Part shown: positions 11,413 through 21,533 of the stretch, piece by piece
How the letters are laid out: the number at the start of each line of letters is the position of its first letter
Position numbering within the stretch: the stretch's first letter is position 1
Assembly: GCA_013416795.1 (NCBI GenBank)
Contig: RQSC01000023.1
Coordinates: forward strand, 193,458 to 257,457
DNA: 64,000 bases
Direction: 5' to 3'
Source of the DNA: Prasinococcaceae sp. CCMP 1430
Taxonomy: Eukaryota; Plantae; Prasinodermophyta
Notes under the pieces: model-generated
Told to the model about the DNA's origin: nothing
The model's input: the letters and a program-made list of their open reading frames with translations, nothing else
Database searches by the model: none
Program-made: the position numbers and the translations under genes

Positions 11413-13514
11413 TTAGGTGATGACAGTGGGCTCTTTCCTTCCGGTATTGGCCTCCATGTCCGACAGCCCCAGCGCGATGGTCACGAGCGTCTTCAGCGCG
11501 TCGGCCGTCTCCTGCGTGTGCTTGGAAGAATCGGAAACGTACTGCTCGATGTACAGGCGGATGGTGGCTCCGACGCTGCCAGTGCCGCTCAGCCTGAAGA
11601 TGATGCGGCTGCCATCCTCGAACAGGAAGCGGATGCCCTGGTGCTGAGAAAAGGAGCCGTCCACAGGGTCCGTGTACTCGAACTCGTCGGCCGACTTGAC
11701 CTGCATGACGTCGACCTTCCTTTGAAAAAATCTCCTCTTGTTTGCAGGGGCCTGCATCGCACCGATGGCCGCATTGAGCTTGCCGAGGTCTGCTTGCTGC
11801 GTGACGAGGTGCGCCATGACATGCTTCGCCTTGTCGCTGTCCACCTCTTCGTAGTCGTACCTGCAGTAAAAGTTGCGCCCGTACGTCTTCCAGTGCTCGC
11901 GCACGATTGTCTCCACACTCACCAGCGGCTCGGAAGCGTCTGGATTGCGGTGTGCGAGCACCGACAGCCATGCGAGCACCGCCCAGATGCCGTCCTTCTC
12001 GCGCACGTGATCCGACCCCGTGCCAAACGACTCCTCGCCGCAGATGGAGCATTGGTCGCTGTCCATCAGGTTGCCGAAGAACTTCCAGCCTGTGGGCACC
12101 TCGAAGAATTTGATGGCCAGCTCCTCGGCCACGCGATCGAGCGCGCCGCTCGTTGGCATCGACCGCGCGACGCCCTTGAGGCCATCCTTGAAGTAGGGGA
12201 TGGCGGCCTGCGCGTTGGCGGCGAGAACCGCCACTGAGTCCGAGGGGGTGACGAAAAAGCCCTTGCCGAGAATCATGTTGCGGTCCGCGTCGCCGTCGGC
12301 TGCCGCGCCGAAGTCCGGCGTGCTGTCGTCGACAGCGCCGCAGCCCATGCCCATCTTCTCAACGAGGTCCTTTGCGTAAGTGAGGTTGGGGTCCGGATGG
12401 CCGCCGCCGAAGTCCTGTTTGGGCTCGCAATTTTGTAGAACGCTGTCGTCAAGGCCGAGCTTGTCAACGAAAATAGCCTTCGCGAAGGGGCCCGCCACAC
12501 CGTGCATGCCGTCGTACACCATGGTAAAGTCCTTGCGCTGCAAGAACGCGCGCAGCGCTTCAAAGTCGAAGATCCCCTCCATGAGCTCGACATACAGGGC
12601 GGCAGCATCGATGACCACGAGGTTCCTGCCCCCGCCGATGCGCTTCAGGCCCGGCTTGGACAGATCGTACGTTACTTCGTTCTCGGCGATGCGGTACTGC
12701 TTGAGGGTTTTGGTGTGGTCAGTGATCTTGGCGGTCAGTGACTCGGGCGCGGGTGCACCGTTCCCACCGTTGTACTTGATGCCGAAGTCGTTCTCCGGGC
12801 CGCCCGGGTTGTGGCTGGCCGTGAGGATGAACGCGCCGAAAGGCAGGGCGCCTTCTGGCGATCTGAGGCGACGGACCACCGCTGACACTGCAGGCGTGCT
12901 CATTAGCCCGTCGACACCCACGATGACCTCCTTGACGCCGTTGGCGAGCGCGATGCGCACGATGACCTGGATGGCGTGCTTCATCCAGTAGCGGCCATCG
13001 CCCGAGACGACGAGCGCGCCACCTGTGTACTCAATGCCCTCCTCGTCGAGCGCGTTGAAAGTCGCCTGCACGAAGTTCTCGAGGTAGTTCTTCTGCTGAA
13101 ACACCTTCACCTGCAGGCCAGCGCGACAGCGGGCGGCAGCGCGAGCGTGCGCGCGTGGACGCTCGCTCGGGTCAGCCCATGCTCACGGCAAGACGACAGC
13201 ACGTGGCGCGGCAACCCCCGCGCAGGTCGACAAGGCGTCGGGTGGGGTGCGCATGCAGCGAAGGGAGCCCCAGTGAGGAGCGCAGGCCGTCGGCGCCGGT
13301 GCCGCGCCAGCACCGCGCCGGCAACCCTAGGCGTCGCCCTGCGAGGACCCCGCCGGCCATCCCGGCGCCTCCCGACCCCACCTGGGCCGCGCACCTTCTT
13401 CCGCAGGCCACTCGTGCCGGGTTTCTGATCGTCGTACGCCACGGTCTGGCGCGTCACCATGACGGGCGCGGCCACGGCGGGCTCGGACGTCGGCGCACTG
13501 ATGCAGCCCCCCAT
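11413..13514 (-). CDS. PGM: Phosphoglucomutase (2 exons)
   Basis: DQKPGTSGLRKK|VKVF across intron 13111-13394; TASHNP phosphoserine loop, DGDADR metal loop, CGEESFG, C-terminal PTVIT. Confidence 0.97.
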
Positions 13515-13800
13515 CGCGCCTTCCCGGGATGCAAGGAAGGCGGACGTGTGGATGGGGGGGGGGGGAGGGTTGACCGCGGCGCCTCCCCCGCGCGCGCTCT
13601 GTGGCTCCCACCTGCGATTGCGTCGCGTCGCAGCGCTGGATAACGAAGAGGATCGGAATCGGCGCGCGCGCCGGCGTCCCCATTCATTCGATCGTCCATT
13701 CACTCATGCACGCAAAATCAGGCGTCGAGTCGGTCGAGGGTGTTGAACACTGGTCAGCGGATCTCGGGGGCTGCGTGCGGCCGGGTTTGGGGTTTAGATA

Positions 13801-13809
13801 TTAGGGTTT
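13801..13809. promoter_or_regulatory. Telo-box-like motif (TTAGGGTTT = AAACCCTAA) in divergent promoter
   Basis: Single unit between the divergent PGM and TPR genes; also at 48344-48352 (upstream of arsM) and TAGGGTTT at 1659-1666. Confidence 0.4.
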
Positions 13810-13950
13810 AGTATGTGTCCTCCCTTCGCGTCGAGATGGAGCGCAGCTTTCCTTTCTTCGCGGGGGCGCGGGCGGCCGAGGTGGCACGGGAGCGCAGGCG
13901 AAGGGGCACACCTCGCGCGCCGGGGCGGCCGGCGCGCGCGCCGCACGCCC

Positions 13951-15969
13951 ATGCGGTCGTCGCTGCCCGACGATGCCTTCATGAGCGAGATCGAGCGCAA
14001 GGCGCGCGACGAGGCCTTCGCAGGGAGCGTAGGCGCGTTCCGCCAGGCAGAGGGGCGCAGGCGCGCGGCCGCCGCGCAGGCGCGAGCGCGCGCGGCCGAG
14101 GCGCGGATGCGCGAGAAGCAGAACCTGCCGCAGCCGAGCTGGAAGCTGGAGATGGAGGCCGAGCTTGAAGCCGCGCGGCCCGCGTCGCACGCGCGACCGC
14201 ATCGCGTGGGTCCCAATCTCGTCAGTCAGCGGTCGGGCGACGACGCCATCGCCGACGTCGCCGACGAAGACAGCGACGACGACGAGGACGTCGCACACGT
14301 CGTCGTGAGCGGCACTCCCGCGGTATTCGAGACGACACCCGCCGTCGTGCCGCCAGAGGTGGCGGAGCTCAAGGATGTGGGCGCACGGGCGGTGCGCGAC
14401 GGCGAATGGCAGGCAGCCATCGACGCGTACAGCGAGGCGCTCGTCCCAGAGACTACGGGCGAGCCGCGAGCTGGCCTGCCTCCTGAGTACGCCGCAGCGC
14501 TGCACAGCAACCGCTCGCTCGCCCGCCTCAAGCTGGGCGACGCGCAGGGGGCCGAGGGTGACGCCTCAGCTGCGCATGCGCTATGGCCCGAATGGCCCAA
14601 GCCGCTGCACCGCCTTGCGTCCGCGCGACTCGCGCTCAAGAAGTTTGCAGGTGCAATGAGCGCCCTGCGCCGCGGGCAGCAGCTCGCACGCTCGGCGTTG
14701 CACGAGCACATGGCGCGTGACTTCGGGCCGCTGCTCGAGAGGATTTCCTACGAGGGCGTCATCGCAGGCTCCTATGATGCTTTCGATGGCCGCACGCTCG
14801 AGGTGCGCGACGCCGGCGAAGACGCGTGGAAGATGGGTCCCGCGCCGCACGTACCTGCACTGGACAATCCGCAGGCCGAGACGTCCATCAACGCGCTCGA
14901 GGATGGCGTCACCGATGCGCGTGATCGAGTCCGCGGCGGCACCGACCTCGCCGTCCTTGGTGGGAGCGATGGGTCCACGCTCGCGTCAAGGTCGGCTAAC
15001 GCGATTGCTAGGGCGCGTGCAGCCAAGCAGCGGTACAGCTACCGCTCCATACACGAGGCAATGGATGCGGCCGAGGACGGCGACCGGATCCTGCTCAAGG
15101 CGGGCATTCACAACACCGGTGGCACGATGGTCACCGTGAAGAAAAGGGTCCTAATCAGAGGCGAAGGCACTCTGGGCAACGCGAAGCTCGACCAGCGCGG
15201 AAACTCGCCCACTTTTCGCTGCGTGGGGCACTTCGTGGTGCAGAATCTACACATTACGCACACCGGCTATCGCGAGACGCTCATGTGCGAGTCTGGTCGG
15301 CCCATCTTCGAGAACTGCGTGCTGAAGAACGACGCCGATGACGCGGTCAACGTCATCGGCACGGGCAATCCCACCTTCCGACACTGCTACGTAGGCGAGG
15401 CGAAGAAGGCGGCCTTCGTATTTTACGAAAATGCGCGCGGCCTGATCACAGACTGCATGATCCGCGACAACCAGCAGCACGGTGTGCGAGTGACTGGCAA
15501 AGCGTGCCCGACCATTCGGCGTTGCAGCGTCATCAACAATGGCGAAGACGGCGTGGCATTCACCGAGGACGCCCGCGGCAGCCTTTCAGAGTGCAACATT
15601 CGCGCTAATCTTGGCACGGGCGTCGACGTGAGCAGGCAGGCCAAGCCCTTGGTGGAGGAAAGCGTCGTAAAGAACAACAAGGGTGGGGGGGTGTTCTTCT
15701 GGGACGATGCACGAGGAACGGTGCGCGGCTGCCGCGTGAACGGCGGCGAGTCGCACGCCCTCATCGTAGACGGCGACTCCGCGCCCAGGATGGAGCAGTG
15801 CACCTTCGACGGGGTGTGTCTCGTACCGCAGGAGGTGCTTGACAAGCGCTGCAAGGCCAACTACTTCAACCAGACCGACGACGCCTCTCGATGGATACCG
15901 CCAGAGAAGGCATACGAGCCGATCGGGGCGAGCGTGCTCAAACGCGGCATTGACAACTCCTACTACTGA
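13951..15969 (+). CDS. TPR + right-handed parallel beta-helix (pectin-lyase-like, FBXO11/NosD-type) protein
   Basis: TPRs (AAIDAYSEAL..LHSNRSLARLKLG..WPKPLHRLASA), then YRSIHEAMDAAEDGDRILLKAG and repeated CxIxxNxxxGV beta-helix turns. Confidence 0.8.
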   Translation: MRSSLPDDAFMSEIERKARDEAFAGSVGAFRQAEGRRRAAAAQARARAAEARMREKQNLPQPSWKLEMEAELEAARPASHARPHRVGPNLVSQRSGDDAIADVADEDSDDDEDVAHVVVSGTPAVFETTPAVVPPEVAELKDVGARAVRDGEWQAAIDAYSEALVPETTGEPRAGLPPEYAAALHSNRSLARLKLGDAQGAEGDASAAHALWPEWPKPLHRLASARLALKKFAGAMSALRRGQQLARSALHEHMARDFGPLLERISYEGVIAGSYDAFDGRTLEVRDAGEDAWKMGPAPHVPALDNPQAETSINALEDGVTDARDRVRGGTDLAVLGGSDGSTLASRSANAIARARAAKQRYSYRSIHEAMDAAEDGDRILLKAGIHNTGGTMVTVKKRVLIRGEGTLGNAKLDQRGNSPTFRCVGHFVVQNLHITHTGYRETLMCESGRPIFENCVLKNDADDAVNVIGTGNPTFRHCYVGEAKKAAFVFYENARGLITDCMIRDNQQHGVRVTGKACPTIRRCSVINNGEDGVAFTEDARGSLSECNIRANLGTGVDVSRQAKPLVEESVVKNNKGGGVFFWDDARGTVRGCRVNGGESHALIVDGDSAPRMEQCTFDGVCLVPQEVLDKRCKANYFNQTDDASRWIPPEKAYEPIGASVLKRGIDNSYY

Positions 15970-16069
15970 GACGTCGATGGTTGCATAACATTGTCCCAAC
16001 TCGGCATATTATACCCCACGCTGCGTGGCGATGAGTAGTAGTACAAGGATTGCAGCCACATCGGCATGC

Positions 16070-17135
16070 TCAGAGCTTCTTCCTCGCCTTGGGCGGCTTT
16101 TTGCCCGTCGCTTTGCCGGCCCCGGCCTCCTCCTTTGCGCGGCGCTTCTTGGCGGGCGTGGTGGCGGGCGGGTCCTCCAGGCCGGCCCATGTACAAATGG
16201 GCCCGCTCCAGGGGTAGCTCTGACTCGCCTGGCCGTGCTCGCGCCCGTAGAAGATTATCTGCAGGTGAAGGTCACGCCAACTCTCAGGGGGGAAGAGGGC
16301 CTGGCATGTGGAAGGCCGCGTGCGTCAGCGTGCCGGTGGTCACGGCATTTGCAGTGCGACGCCCACGCGCATCGCGACGTGTAGGCGCAGCGCTCACACG
16401 CGCGCACCTTGAGGTCTGCTTCAGTGCGCTCGACGGTTGTGCCGTTGCTCAGTCCCCATCGCGCCGCCAGCCTGTGAATGTGCGTGTCTACGGGGAAGGC
16501 GTCGATGCCGAATGCTTGCCCCATAATGACGGACGCGGTCTTGTGCCCGACGCCCGGGAGCGCCTCCAACGCCTTGAAGTCTGACGGCACTTCACCGTCG
16601 TGCAACTCCAGCAGCTGCTTGGAGAGGTTCACGAGGTACTTGGCTTTGGAGTTCGCCAGGCCGATCTCCTTAATGTACTCCTTCACAGTGTCGATCGACA
16701 GTTCGGCCATCGCATGTGCAGTCGGCGCAGCCGCAAACAGTTTGGGCGTGACGGTGTTCACCTTCTTGTCGGTCGATTGTGCGGACAAGACGACTGCAAT
16801 GCGCGGGGCGTTAGCGGCAGGGGTCGCACGCACCTGCGGGCGCTGGACACATGGCAGGCGCGCAGCCGCACCTGCACACAAGAACTGGAACGTGTTGCCG
16901 TGGTCGAGCGGGATGGGTGGATCGGGGTACATCTCGGCGAGGCTTTTCGCGATGCGGTCAGCCTTGGCCTGCAGCTCGGCCGGCGGGCTGGCGGCGGTAG
17001 TAGCTGCGCCTCCACCTGGCGGGGTGGCCGCTGCCACGGGGCGCTTCGCCGCCGCGTGCGCCCCCCCGCGGCGCTGCTGCTTCTGAGCCTCAGGCGCGGG
17101 CGGCACCGAGCGGCCGCCGGCGCGCCGGCCCACGG
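16070..17135 (-). CDS. nth: Endonuclease III-like HhH-GPD DNA glycosylase (5' end in gap; at least 3 exons)
   Basis: AVVLSAQSTDKKVN, LPGVGHKTA (HhH), FPVDTHIHRL, WRDLHLQIIFYGREH; introns 16794-16871 and 16301-16407; basic NLS-like tail. Confidence 0.92.
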
Positions 17136-17362
17136 NNNNNNNNNNNNNNNNNNNNNNNNNNNNNNNNNNNNNNNNNNNNNNNNNNNNNNNNNNNNNNNNN
17201 NNNNNNNNNNNNNNNNNNNNNNNNNNNNNNNNNNNNNNNNNNNNNNNNNNNNNNNNNNNNNNNNNNNNNNNNNNNNNNNNNNNNNNNNNNNNNNNNNNNN
17301 NNNNNNNNNNNNNNNNNNNNNNNNNNNNNNNNNNNNNNNNNNNNNNNNNNNNNNNNNNNNNN

Positions 17363-18260
17363 CGCAGCCGCCGCCGCCGCCGCCGCCGCCGCGCGACGAC
17401 CCGCGAGAGATCGCGCGACGCGCACGCGCTGTCAGTGGCGCAGCTGCCGCGGTGGCAGTCTACACGCGCTTGCGCTGCGGGCCGGAGCCGCTCACGAGGA
17501 TTAATGGAGGCGAGGCCGCCTCGGGGGTTGCGTTGCTGCGTGGTGGGGCGCTCGCTGTAGCCGCAACGTCGGCGCTCTTCCTTGGACCGACTGTGCAGGC
17601 ATGGCTCGACGGCGTGACGCCCGCGTCCGCGGTGCATGCGCTGTGGCACCGGTTGCGCAGCCCCTCGGGCATGCGCGATCTACTGGTTGCGCCTGTCACC
17701 GAAGAGGTCGTATTTCGCGGTGGGGCGTGCGCCGTCATGGCGCGCGCGGGCTGGTCGCGGGCAGCGGTGACATACCTATCGCCCCTCGGCTTCAGCGTTG
17801 CGCACCTGCACCACCTGATCGAGGCGCGTCGGCGAGGCGTGCCACTTGCCCGTGCAGTCCTCTCAGCGGCGGCTCAGCTTTCATACACGACCGTGTTTGG
17901 ATGGTGCGAGCGCGCGACCCAGGCTCGCGAGCATACGCCCAGTCGCAACCGCCTGCCCTTGCTACTGCGCAAGCGGGCGTGAGTATAGATGGAGACGCGC
18001 TCGCCTCTGACACCTTCGGCTGCTATTCGCTGCGATCGCGGCGAGCGTGCGCGTGCAGGTATGCCGCGCATTTGTACATCTCGACGGGCACGCTGGTGGC
18101 ACCCATCGTGGCGCATGCGATTGCCAACCACTACGGCCTGCCGGACTTCGGCGGGGCCGCCGCACATCCGCAGCGTCCCGCGGTGCTCACAGCTTATGCT
18201 GTGGGCATGGGCGCGTTCGCGTGGGCGCTCGTAGAGGCGCCCAGGGCATCACCGTTGTGA
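17363..18260 (+). CDS. RCE1: CAAX prenyl protease 2 (CPBP/Abi family), 5' end in gap
   Basis: APVTEEVVFRG, FSVAHLHH, QLSYTTVFGW|YAA, HAIANHYGLPD; intron 17904-18058. Confidence 0.9.
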
Positions 18261-18366
18261 CCGAGGGTGGAACCTCGGTGTGATGGCGGCAGCTCAGGCG
18301 CAGCACGCCCGGGTGAGAGGCACCACTGATAATAACTAGCTACGAGGCGTAATACGATGTCGACTC

Positions 18367-19304
18367 TCATCTGTGCATGAGCGGGCGCGCTCCGGTCTTC
18401 TGGACGCCAGCGGACGCGGGTTTGAGAGCATGCGGGGCTCTGCCATCCCCACCATGCCCGCCATTTTCGCGCCCGCGCCCGCGTCCGCCGCCTCGGCCGC
18501 CTCGGCCGCCGCCGCGCCCCCGCCCCCGCCCACGGCCCGACTGGCCAACATCGTACTCCCGTTTGTCCGCCTTGGAAAGCTTGACCGGCCGGGCGCCCAC
18601 GTACTTGTTGTTCACCTCTCGCAGCGCACGCACCCACTCGAGCGCGTTCAGGAAGCTCGCAAAGCCGTACCCCTGGCCGCGCGGCGCGGTTGAGCGCCAA
18701 AGGCGACGGAGTGAGCGACCTGTGCGTCAGAGGCGTCGCCACAGCATGGACTTCGCACGACAGCACACGCAGGCCGGCTCACCTTGTGGCGATTTGTTTT
18801 GGGATCCCTACAGATTTTCGCCTTCACAAAGGACGGATAGCTACTGAAGGCCTTGCTGAGCACCTCATCACCGACCAGCTTGTCGAGGTTGCCGCAGAAG
18901 ATCTTGTAGTCGTTGGCCGGCCACTCATCCGGCGCCAGCGTCGCTGCGACCTCTTTGCCGCTCTGTGTGGGCGCAGCCGCAGCAGCCCTCGCGGCCGCGA
19001 TAGACGGTGCGGCGGCAGAGGTCGCGGAGACGACCTGATTCGCCGCGTGAGGCTTCGGGGGCTGCTGGGGGGTTGCGGCCGGCGCAGTGGCGGCTGCGGC
19101 GGCAGAGACATGCATGTGGATGGCATGGCCCACCGCATGCGGTGGCGGTGGCGGCGGCGGGGCGGCTGCAGTAGCACCTGCAGCGCGAGCAGTGCCGGGC
19201 AGCGGCGGCGGGACCACCGGATTGGACATCGGCGGGGCCGCACGCACCGCCGTGCTCGGCGTCGCGGCCACCGCTGGCGCCGCCGCTGGCGCCGCTGCCG
19301 CCAC
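18367..19304 (-). CDS. RBM42: RRM RNA-binding protein, RBM42-like (5' end in gap)
   Basis: EWPANDYKIFCGNL...RDPKTNRHK|GYGFASF...ALREVNNKYVGARPVKL; intron 18673-18782; RGG tail. Confidence 0.85.
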
Positions 19305-19407
19305 NNNNNNNNNNNNNNNNNNNNNNNNNNNNNNNNNNNNNNNNNNNNNNNNNNNNNNNNNNNNNNNNNNNNNNNNNNNNNNNNNNNNNNNNNNNNNNNN
19401 NNNNNNN

Positions 19408-21321
19408 GCGGCCGCGGTGGGTGGCGCCGAGGTCGCGGGGGCGGGGGCGGGCGCTGCGTCCGCTCCCGCGCGCTCGGCGACGCTCACGCTGCACGCCGGC
19501 GAGACGGTGGTTGCGCTGCCGCTCGAGGAGGGGAACGCGCGCACGCTCGGAGCAGCCTTCCGTGAGGTGCTCGCAGCGTTCTCCGATGCCGAAGCGCGAG
19601 CGCAGCTGCGCCGGGTGGGCGCGCTCGCGCTGGGCGACGGTGCGATCGCGAGCGGGGGCGCGGCCGCGGCGGAGAGCGGCAGGGTGCGCGAGGAAGAGCT
19701 CGAGGCGCTTCAAGCCATGATTAAGCGGCTGGGCGACGCTGCGGTGTACTATCGCGACCGCGCGGAGGCGCGCTCGCTTGGCGCGGACGCGCTCGCTCAT
19801 GCGGCAGCAAGGCGCATTGCGGCGGTCGGGGCGGGAGTCAGTACAGGCGTCATGACGACACCCGGACTCGACAGGGCGGCCGCTGTGGCTGCGCGGCGTG
19901 CACGCGAGGCCGCGCTCGAGGTCGAGCGAGTTGCGGCGCTCGGCGATTCGAGCGCCGCGGTGGCTTCTGCGAACGGGGGAGTGGCAGTTGGCTCACCGTC
20001 GTTGGTCAGCCCGTCCACGTCCACAGCCGACGTGGACGAGTTGATAGACGCATCCGCTGCTGCAGACGCTATGGGCGCCGACGCCGTCGCGGACTTTGCC
20101 ACGTTGCGCTTGCTCTGCGATGACATGCAGCACACCGTCTCATCTCTCGGAGACGAAGACCCTGCATACAGCGCCGGCATCGGCAACGCCGTCGACGACG
20201 ACCTGCTTGAGACGGCCACGTCGGGCCTCCCTGGGACGTGCCACGAGGACTCCCTCCACGCCGGGTACGAGGAGGACGACCCCCTCGCGAGGATCGCGGC
20301 GATTGGTGACCACAAACGCGAGCTGGAGGATTTCGAGCGCGCAGTGCTTGGGGGCTCGAGCGCTGGTGCGATGGAGAGGATCCTTGACGTGCGCGCGTCC
20401 ACCGCGGCAATTGAGCGCCAGCGCGCGGCCGCCGACGCGCGCCGCACGAGCAACCGCACGCGCAGGCTGCGAGAGGAAGCTGAGGCCGCGGAGGAGGCCG
20501 CAGTGGGTGTGCAAGACGTGTGGGTGAGCACGCCGACCGAAGACTCCCAGAAGAGTGTTGAGAAGCGTATACGCGAGAGCGTTGCGCTCCTGGAGACGCA
20601 GCAAAGCGCGCAGGCACAGCAGGCGCAAAGGCAGCACGAGGCGCTCCAGCAGGCCCTGGAGCAGGCGGAGCAGGAGCAGGCGGCGCAGCAGCAGAAGCCA
20701 GTACCGCCAGCGCCGCAGGGAGAGCAGCAGGGCGAGCAGGGGCAGGAGGCTCTGGCGGCCGTCGTACAGCCAGGGTCCGCGAAGTCATCAATTGTTGCGC
20801 CGCCGACGCCACAAACCGCCACCGTGCCTCCCGTGTCCCCGTCGCGGCCGGTGCCCCCAACTGTGATGCTATCACCGATGCGGTCAGCAGCGTCGCCCAC
20901 AGTGTCATCAATCGCGCCCATGTCGCCGGTTTCGAGGTTCGACCGGGTTGTGCCGCCGCGGCCGCCACAGATGGAATTGATGTCGCCCCAGTGGCCGTGG
21001 GCCCTGCATGGAGCGCCCCCCCCGCCGCCACCCCTGCCGCGAGAACCGCCGCTCCACCAGCACCAGTCGGTGCCCGTGGATGCCTCGCTGGCGCAACAGA
21101 CATCCTTCCTTGCGCCGCCTCCTCCGCCGCCCATCGATACGCAAGCGGCTGCTGAGGCTGTCGAAGCAGCTCCGTGGTTTCGCGCTCCGCCACCACCGCC
21201 GCCGCCGCTTCGCGCGGGGTCCGTACCCGCGGCGCCGGCCTTCCTGCCGCCGCCGCCACCGCCACCGCCGTTGCACGCAGGCTCCATTCCCGCGACACAC
21301 CCGCGAAGGATTGACTTCTAA
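19408..21321 (+). CDS. Hypothetical coiled-coil protein with polyproline C-terminus (5' end in gap)
   Basis: Long ORF with coding-like composition; E/Q/A-rich heptads; repeated (F/W)xxPPPPPP blocks. Confidence 0.7.
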   Translation, partial: AAAVGGAEVAGAGAGAASAPARSATLTLHAGETVVALPLEEGNARTLGAAFREVLAAFSDAEARAQLRRVGALALGDGAIASGGAAAAESGRVREEELEALQAMIKRLGDAAVYYRDRAEARSLGADALAHAAARRIAAVGAGVSTGVMTTPGLDRAAAVAARRAREAALEVERVAALGDSSAAVASANGGVAVGSPSLVSPSTSTADVDELIDASAAADAMGADAVADFATLRLLCDDMQHTVSSLGDEDPAYSAGIGNAVDDDLLETATSGLPGTCHEDSLHAGYEEDDPLARIAAIGDHKRELEDFERAVLGGSSAGAMERILDVRASTAAIERQRAAADARRTSNRTRRLREEAEAAEEAAVGVQDVWVSTPTEDSQKSVEKRIRESVALLETQQSAQAQQAQRQHEALQQALEQAEQEQAAQQQKPVPPAPQGEQQGEQGQEALAAVVQPGSAKSSIVAPPTPQTATVPPVSPSRPVPPTVMLSPMRSAASPTVSSIAPMSPVSRFDRVVPPRPPQMELMSPQWPWALHGAPPPPPPLPREPPLHQHQSVPVDASLAQQTSFLAPPPPPPIDTQAAAEAVEAAPWFRAPPPPPPPLRAGSVPAAPAFLPPPPPPPPLHAGSIPATHPRRIDF

Positions 21322-21533
21322 ACGCCCTCGTCGTGCTCGCCATTGTGCTCGCGTGCACGATCGCATGCGCGGTGGTGGCACTGGAGAGCGCTTTCCCCAA
21401 CCTAAACCCTCTTTTTAATTCCCCTTAATGACATGGCGAGGAGTTTGCGGTTGCATGAGACTCGAGCTGCACTCGCTCGTGCCGGCGGCTGCGCCACCAC
21501 AGCGCGCGCGGCGCGCGGCGCCGCGGTGGAGCG

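Noticed and set aside
13790-13812. Telomere array or CRISPR-like repeat
   Set aside because: Only single TTAGGG-type units; no regularly spaced repeat-spacer structure anywhere in the window
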